DNA of 64,000 nucleotides, from NCBI GenBank assembly GCA_016933575.1, contig JAFGAR010000028.1, forward strand, positions 1 through 64,000, read 5' to 3'. Origin of the DNA: Candidatus Thorarchaeota archaeon (GTDB taxonomy: Archaea; Asgardarchaeota; Thorarchaeia; Thorarchaeales; Thorarchaeaceae). Each line of letters begins with the position of its first letter. Within the stretch, counting starts at the first letter, position 1. Of this stretch, positions 59,219-64,000 are shown in pieces. The notes below the pieces were generated by a model. The model saw nothing but the letters and a program-made list of their open reading frames with translations, was not told where the DNA came from and did not search any database. The position numbers and the translations under genes are program-made.

Positions 59219-59647
59219 ATGGTAATAATGACGACAGTAGGATATTTCGAGGGAACTGATCCATCCCTATTATCAAAAATAAGCGCAAATGGATTCTGCA
59301 CGGTTCCGCTAGCAAATGAATGGGATAGCCATGGAAAGATAGCTTCACACTTGGAACCAGGTGAGGTTCATCTAATAATTGGTTATCTACATAAGTTGAT
59401 GCCACCTAAGGGAACTCCTAAGACAACAATAGAGAAGACTATGCCAGTGTCAGCTGATGTCTATCGTGGACTAAGACCAATAGATCTCCTCTATCCCGCA
59501 AAAGTCTATGGTATACCTGTATTGGTAGTTATACCCAAAGAATTCCATAAGAAGGCTAAAGATGCTCTAGAAGAGGCAGCCGAGTTTGTTACAATCGTTG
59601 AACCTGAACATCTTGAGAAGAAAGTGAGAGAGATTCTAGGATTCTAA
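59219..59647 (+). CDS. Hypothetical alpha/beta protein
   Basis: Clean 142-aa ORF filling the intergenic space. Confidence 0.65.
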   Translation: MVIMTTVGYFEGTDPSLLSKISANGFCTVPLANEWDSHGKIASHLEPGEVHLIIGYLHKLMPPKGTPKTTIEKTMPVSADVYRGLRPIDLLYPAKVYGIPVLVVIPKEFHKKAKDALEEAAEFVTIVEPEHLEKKVREILGF

Positions 59648-59742
59648 TTACTTATGTAGATCTGGAAATATGTAAGCCAAAAGTCTTCAACCAAAAAATC
59701 CGATGTGCTTATAGGTTTCCAATTCCAGATTTACACAAGTGA

Positions 59743-60924
59743 GTGAGTAGATTGTTGGTGGGATTGATACAGTCAATATTACTACTTCAAGCCACATTTA
59801 GCATATTTGGCATCTTAGGTGCTTTATTCGTATTCTTGCTTCTGATCATAATAATACTTGCTGCATATGCTATTAGAGAGCAAATTCCAGATCCAATAGC
59901 AAAACCACCAGTACAGCAAGCATCAACAAAGAAGTCTATCCATGATGTGCTTGAAGACAGAAGCGTAGAACGAGTGAAACCGATTGATATTGTCGCGAGG
60001 AAACCTAGACCTAGTGATGTTCCATTTGCGAGTATGGCCAGATCAACTTCGACTGCACAACACCCAATTCCTGGAGTTTCGAGTGCATTATCATCAGTCA
60101 AGGAATCAGATAGTAGCCACGAGGGGCAGGTCAAAGCTCTCAGGGGAGGCGAATTCATTGGTTCAAGGATGCGTTACAAGGTTAAGGTTCTGAATGATTC
60201 ACCATTTACGATAACAGATGTAACTATCTACCTCCTTTCCTATCCCCATCAAGCACTTAAGCTGGTGGGTGATGATGACGAATTCTTTGCTAAGATTGAG
60301 CCAGGAGGTTTTAGAAGTCCGTGTTTTGATTTTATGCCAACACAGGACTGTGTGAGAGGAGATATTGTTGCAGGGATATCATTCATGGATTCGAGAGGAC
60401 GAGCGCATACGCTCACAACGAAACCATTCGTAATAAGGTCCGTTTGTGATCTCCTGATTCCAGAGCAGCTATCACCCGAAGATTTCACATTGAAATTAAA
60501 GAAACTTGAACATGGAGAGATTACACTCAAAGTTGAGGAATGGACACCTGAGGAGATGTATGAGAAGGCACTGAAAATAGTAGATGATTCGAATTTCTTC
60601 GAGATTGAAAGTAACATCGAGAATAGTGAAGGAGTCATCTTCGGTAGGATACAAGGTTCTGCCAAAGGAAAGTATACTGGTAAAAGTGTTGGAGTGGAGA
60701 TCACTATTACTGGACCGACTAGGAAGAAAGGAGCATCTTGCAACATCAAGGTCTCAGGAGAAGATGAAGCTATGATACTTCCAGCAATTGATGATCTTAG
60801 AGAGCGACTGAGTGCCTGGCTATGTCCAATGTGTGGTTCGCCTCTCACCTTGGCAAATGTTGAAGACCTCAAGAAAGGAAAGACAATTTGCTGTCCATTC
60901 TGTTCAGTAACAATTGGACGCTAG
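59743..60924 (+). CDS. Membrane-anchored protein: TM, disordered linker, adaptin/COP appendage-like domain, Zn ribbon (paralogue 1)
   Basis: KVKVLNDS.FTITDV..IEPGG..F.F.P..DC; DLLIPEQLSPEDF; CPMC..CPFC. Confidence 0.7.
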   Translation: MSRLLVGLIQSILLLQATFSIFGILGALFVFLLLIIIILAAYAIREQIPDPIAKPPVQQASTKKSIHDVLEDRSVERVKPIDIVARKPRPSDVPFASMARSTSTAQHPIPGVSSALSSVKESDSSHEGQVKALRGGEFIGSRMRYKVKVLNDSPFTITDVTIYLLSYPHQALKLVGDDDEFFAKIEPGGFRSPCFDFMPTQDCVRGDIVAGISFMDSRGRAHTLTTKPFVIRSVCDLLIPEQLSPEDFTLKLKKLEHGEITLKVEEWTPEEMYEKALKIVDDSNFFEIESNIENSEGVIFGRIQGSAKGKYTGKSVGVEITITGPTRKKGASCNIKVSGEDEAMILPAIDDLRERLSAWLCPMCGSPLTLANVEDLKKGKTICCPFCSVTIGR

Positions 60925-60998
60925 AATGACAACCTTTTTCCATTCATCAGCCTCAAACCTTATCTTTGTGGCCAGTTAGAAACAAATCATAATCATCA

Positions 60999-62045
60999 GT
61001 GGACGGAGGTAACCATTTGGATTCAATGCTTGCGCTTCAGATTATTTATACTATTGAACAACTAGTAGCTACTGGAGGAATCCTTGTCTTTCTTATTGCA
61101 ATCATTATTTGGGTGGCAATGAGCGCAAGGGATGCAGAAGAAATTGATTTCTTCAAAGATCGAAAAAACATGCAAGCTTCTAAAGCAACTACATTATCCG
61201 AATCATCTGCATCTGATAACGAGAAACCAAGTTCAGATATTAATGTAGTACGAGTACTGAGAGGTGGAGCATTCATTGGAAACAGAATACGCTTCAAGGT
61301 CAAGGTAGCTAACGAATCAGAGTATACAATTACAGACATTATGGTGCACTTGGTTTCCTATCCCAGAGATGCTTTGAGATTCGATGGAGATGATGATGCC
61401 ATTCACTTCTCTAAAATAGAACCGGGCGGATTCAGAAGTCCATCTTTTGAGTTTATACCGACCCAGGATTGTGTCAGGGGGGAAATTGTAGCTGGTGTTA
61501 CATATATTGATACCAGAGGAAAAGCGCACACTCAGACAACAAGACCCTATGAGATACGAGCTGTATGTGACCTTTTAATTCCAGAAGAGATTACGCCTGA
61601 GGATTTCCAACAGACTGTTCAAAGTCTACATAGTGGAGAACTTGTTGTAAGTGTTGATGATTGGACACCACAGGAGATGTATGAGAAAGCACTTGTCATC
61701 TTAGAGCAAGCAAACTTCAGTGGTGTTTCTGCGGGTGTCGACTCAGAGGAAGATGTCGTAACAGCAAAGATTGAAGGTTGGGCACGAGGTAAATATACAG
61801 ACAAAGGTGTTGGAGTTCAACTTCTCATCTCTGGTAGATCTGGTGAAAAGGGAGCATGTTGTACAATTAGAATATTAGGTGAAGACTCAGCACTTGTTCT
61901 TCCAGCTATAGAAGATCTGAGAAACCGTCTAACCACATGGTTATGTCCAAAATGCAGGAGTACGCTACAGGTTGAAAGTGTGAAACAACTCAGAAAGGGA
62001 GGCGTTGTCGAATGTCCCTATTGTGGAGTAACTATTGGGAGATAG
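60999..62045 (+). CDS. Membrane-anchored appendage-like/Zn-ribbon protein (paralogue 2)
   Basis: Collinear with paralogue 1 from LRGG onward; CPKC..CPYC. Confidence 0.7.
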   Translation: MDGGNHLDSMLALQIIYTIEQLVATGGILVFLIAIIIWVAMSARDAEEIDFFKDRKNMQASKATTLSESSASDNEKPSSDINVVRVLRGGAFIGNRIRFKVKVANESEYTITDIMVHLVSYPRDALRFDGDDDAIHFSKIEPGGFRSPSFEFIPTQDCVRGEIVAGVTYIDTRGKAHTQTTRPYEIRAVCDLLIPEEITPEDFQQTVQSLHSGELVVSVDDWTPQEMYEKALVILEQANFSGVSAGVDSEEDVVTAKIEGWARGKYTDKGVGVQLLISGRSGEKGACCTIRILGEDSALVLPAIEDLRNRLTTWLCPKCRSTLQVESVKQLRKGGVVECPYCGVTIGR

Positions 62046-62094
62046 TTTGCTAATATTCATAGCATTATTAGGGAGTAATGATTAGCTCTGAGCT

Positions 62095-63009
62095 ATGCAG
62101 GTGATTCTTGATGTATATGTTATTGGTATTCTATTTGCTCTAGCAGCTACCATGTTCTTTGGTATCACAAATATAATCTACAAAAAAATGAGTGATGACA
62201 TAAGCGTCATGGACATTACTTTTTCCCGTATCTGGGTCAGTCTACCGCTTGCATACATATTTGCTATAGCATCATCAGACTCGTTACAAATCGCGATTCC
62301 GTCGGAATCGATGTTCCCTCTGGCAATCTCAATGATACTTGGGATCTTACTTGGCGATACTATGTATTTCCTAAGCCAAGAGAGAATTGGTGTTAGTCGA
62401 GCTTTCCCAATTTCTATGAGTTATCCGTTGCTGGTATATTTGATAACCGCTTACTTCCTTGAAGAACCTGTAATCATCCAGAGGGTACTCGGGGCCATCA
62501 TTGTTGTCATGGGAGTGGGATTAATTGCTAGAGCGGAGTATAAAGAAAGAAGTGAAGATATCGGCAAATGGAGTCCCAAAGATAGAACGATTGGATTTGC
62601 TTTAGCATTCTTTACAATGGTTGCTTGGGCGCTCAGTGATTCCATCTTTCAATTTGGTTTGATAAATGTAGATCCAGCAGATGCTAATTTCTACCGTATA
62701 CTTGTAGCTTCAATAATCTTAGTACCTTTCTTCTTCCTATCATTCAAGGGGAAAAGACATCTACCAAATAGAAGGATTATTGCATTTGCTCTGATGACAG
62801 GACTTGTGGGAATAGGTCTTAGCTTAATTGCATATAGCTACGCTGTGAAATACATTGGAGCAACTATTACAGCTGTCATGATTGCATCAGCTCCTGTTCT
62901 AACTGCACCATTATCAGCTCTTTATTTAGGTGAAGATGTGAACAAGATTGTAGCTTTTGGAACAATACTGACTATACTAGGTGTGATTCTAGTCATCGCC
63001 ATCATATAG
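62095..63009 (+). CDS. EamA/DMT family transporter
   Basis: 10 TMs; IGVSRAFPI..SYP, PV.TA.LS..YLGE. Confidence 0.9.
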   Translation: MQVILDVYVIGILFALAATMFFGITNIIYKKMSDDISVMDITFSRIWVSLPLAYIFAIASSDSLQIAIPSESMFPLAISMILGILLGDTMYFLSQERIGVSRAFPISMSYPLLVYLITAYFLEEPVIIQRVLGAIIVVMGVGLIARAEYKERSEDIGKWSPKDRTIGFALAFFTMVAWALSDSIFQFGLINVDPADANFYRILVASIILVPFFFLSFKGKRHLPNRRIIAFALMTGLVGIGLSLIAYSYAVKYIGATITAVMIASAPVLTAPLSALYLGEDVNKIVAFGTILTILGVILVIAII

Positions 63010-63075
63010 AAATCAGGAAAACTCTATATCCCCTCCAGTCAACGGGGATGTGTGAAAGATTGACCAGTTGGTAGG

Positions 63076-64000
63076 ATGTTTCTTATGCTACAAGTTGATA
63101 TTTGGACTCTACCTGTCACTATTATCGCAATAATGTTGATCTGCGTCTGTTGTGGGATTGCAGTCAGTAAAGGGAGCCCAAAAGCTAAATTAGATGATGC
63201 ACGAACTCTCCCATATTATCTTCGAGAGCAGATGGAAAAGACTGCACCAATGAAGGAGCAGGCAGCATATTACACCCCTGCAACAATGAAACGTGAAAAA
63301 AGAGTTATTCCTGGAGTATCAAGATCGATTTCATCCGTTCCACCACATGAAAGAAGAGAAACGCGCAATGTGAAAGCACTACGAGGGGGCGAGTTCATTG
63401 GCAATCGAATGCGTTTCAAGGTCAAGGTCCTGAATGAGACTCTCTATACAATAACAGATGTGAGAGTCTTTCTCATATCTTACCCATCCAAAGCCCTTAA
63501 GATTGACAGTGAGGATGATGACGTCTTCTTTCCCAAGATCGAACCAAATGGATTCAGGAGCCCCGCTTTTGATTTCTTACCAACCCAAGATTGTGTGAAA
63601 GGTGAGATTATAGCAGGAGTATCCTATATCGATGAGAGGGGTATTGCTCACACCCTGACGACTAAACCATTCATCATTCGTTCTGTCTGCGACCTTCTCA
63701 TCCCAGACAAGATTTCTCCGGATGAATTCGAACTCAAACTAAAAAAACATGAATGTGGTGAGATTGTAGTAAAGGTTCAAGAATGGACTGCAGCAGAGAT
63801 GTTCGAAAAATCTCTTAGAATCATTGAAGATGCCAATTTCTATGAAGTTGAGAGTAATAGTGACGACCATGATGGAATATTTAGTGCTACAATATCAGGA
63901 CAGGCGAAGGGGAAGTATACTGGAAAGAGTATTGGAGTAAAGATTCTCATGTCAGGTCCAGTCAATCAGAAAGGAGCAAGCTGCACAATTCAAGTCACCG
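63076..64000 (+). CDS. Membrane-anchored appendage-like protein (paralogue 3; runs off window, absent from ORF track)
   Basis: MFLMLQVDIWTLPVTIIAIMLICVCCGIAV..VKALRGGEFIGNRMRFKVKVLNE..SVCDLLIPDKISPDEF. Confidence 0.8.
   Translation, partial: MFLMLQVDIWTLPVTIIAIMLICVCCGIAVSKGSPKAKLDDARTLPYYLREQMEKTAPMKEQAAYYTPATMKREKRVIPGVSRSISSVPPHERRETRNVKALRGGEFIGNRMRFKVKVLNETLYTITDVRVFLISYPSKALKIDSEDDDVFFPKIEPNGFRSPAFDFLPTQDCVKGEIIAGVSYIDERGIAHTLTTKPFIIRSVCDLLIPDKISPDEFELKLKKHECGEIVVKVQEWTAAEMFEKSLRIIEDANFYEVESNSDDHDGIFSATISGQAKGKYTGKSIGVKILMSGPVNQKGASCTIQVT

Noticed and set aside
60249-60872. 207-aa minus-strand ORF
   Set aside because: Antisense to a gene conserved in three paralogues; Ser-rich shadow composition
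1-64000. tRNA, rRNA, IS elements, prophage
   Set aside because: No cloverleaf, rRNA-like tract, transposase, integrase or virion gene recognised by eye; tRNAscan and ISEScan were not run

Overview
AT-rich archaeal DNA, most consistent with an Asgard archaeon (Thorarchaeia-like). This is inferred from the TPR/LRR proteins, C-terminally anchored surface proteins, GTP-PEPCK, Hdr/Mvh/Fdh genes and a eukaryote-type SECIS. Right half: a conserved energy-metabolism block (hdrL-like, hdrC, hdrB, two complementary hdrA, mvhD, small wHTH, mvhG, mvhA). mvhA lacks its C-terminal Ni-binding motif. That motif is supplied by an unannotated 50-aa selenoprotein VhuU (41954-42106, in-frame UGA) with its own TATA box and a eukaryote-like SECIS overlapping the stop codon. 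Then come pckG, aor, an LRR protein, DUF1847, an EamA transporter and three membrane-anchored paralogues resembling adaptin/coatomer ear (appendage) domains. Left/middle: an accessory, duplication-rich region with three SSBs sharing a conserved leader, two DUF362 genes, Lrp/AsnC copies, intact and decayed MNT-HEPN pairs, a duplicated small-ORF/hairpin element, a C25 peptidase, surface proteins and mvhD-fdhAB. From about 29.9 to 41.9 kb the genes are separated by copies of a ~25-45 bp same-orientation motif that begins at the vhuU 3' end. The first ~190 nt look like foreign high-GC sequence (probable chimeric assembly). No tRNA, rRNA, CRISPR, integrase or transposase was recognised. All homology calls are motif recognition by eye, without database searches.
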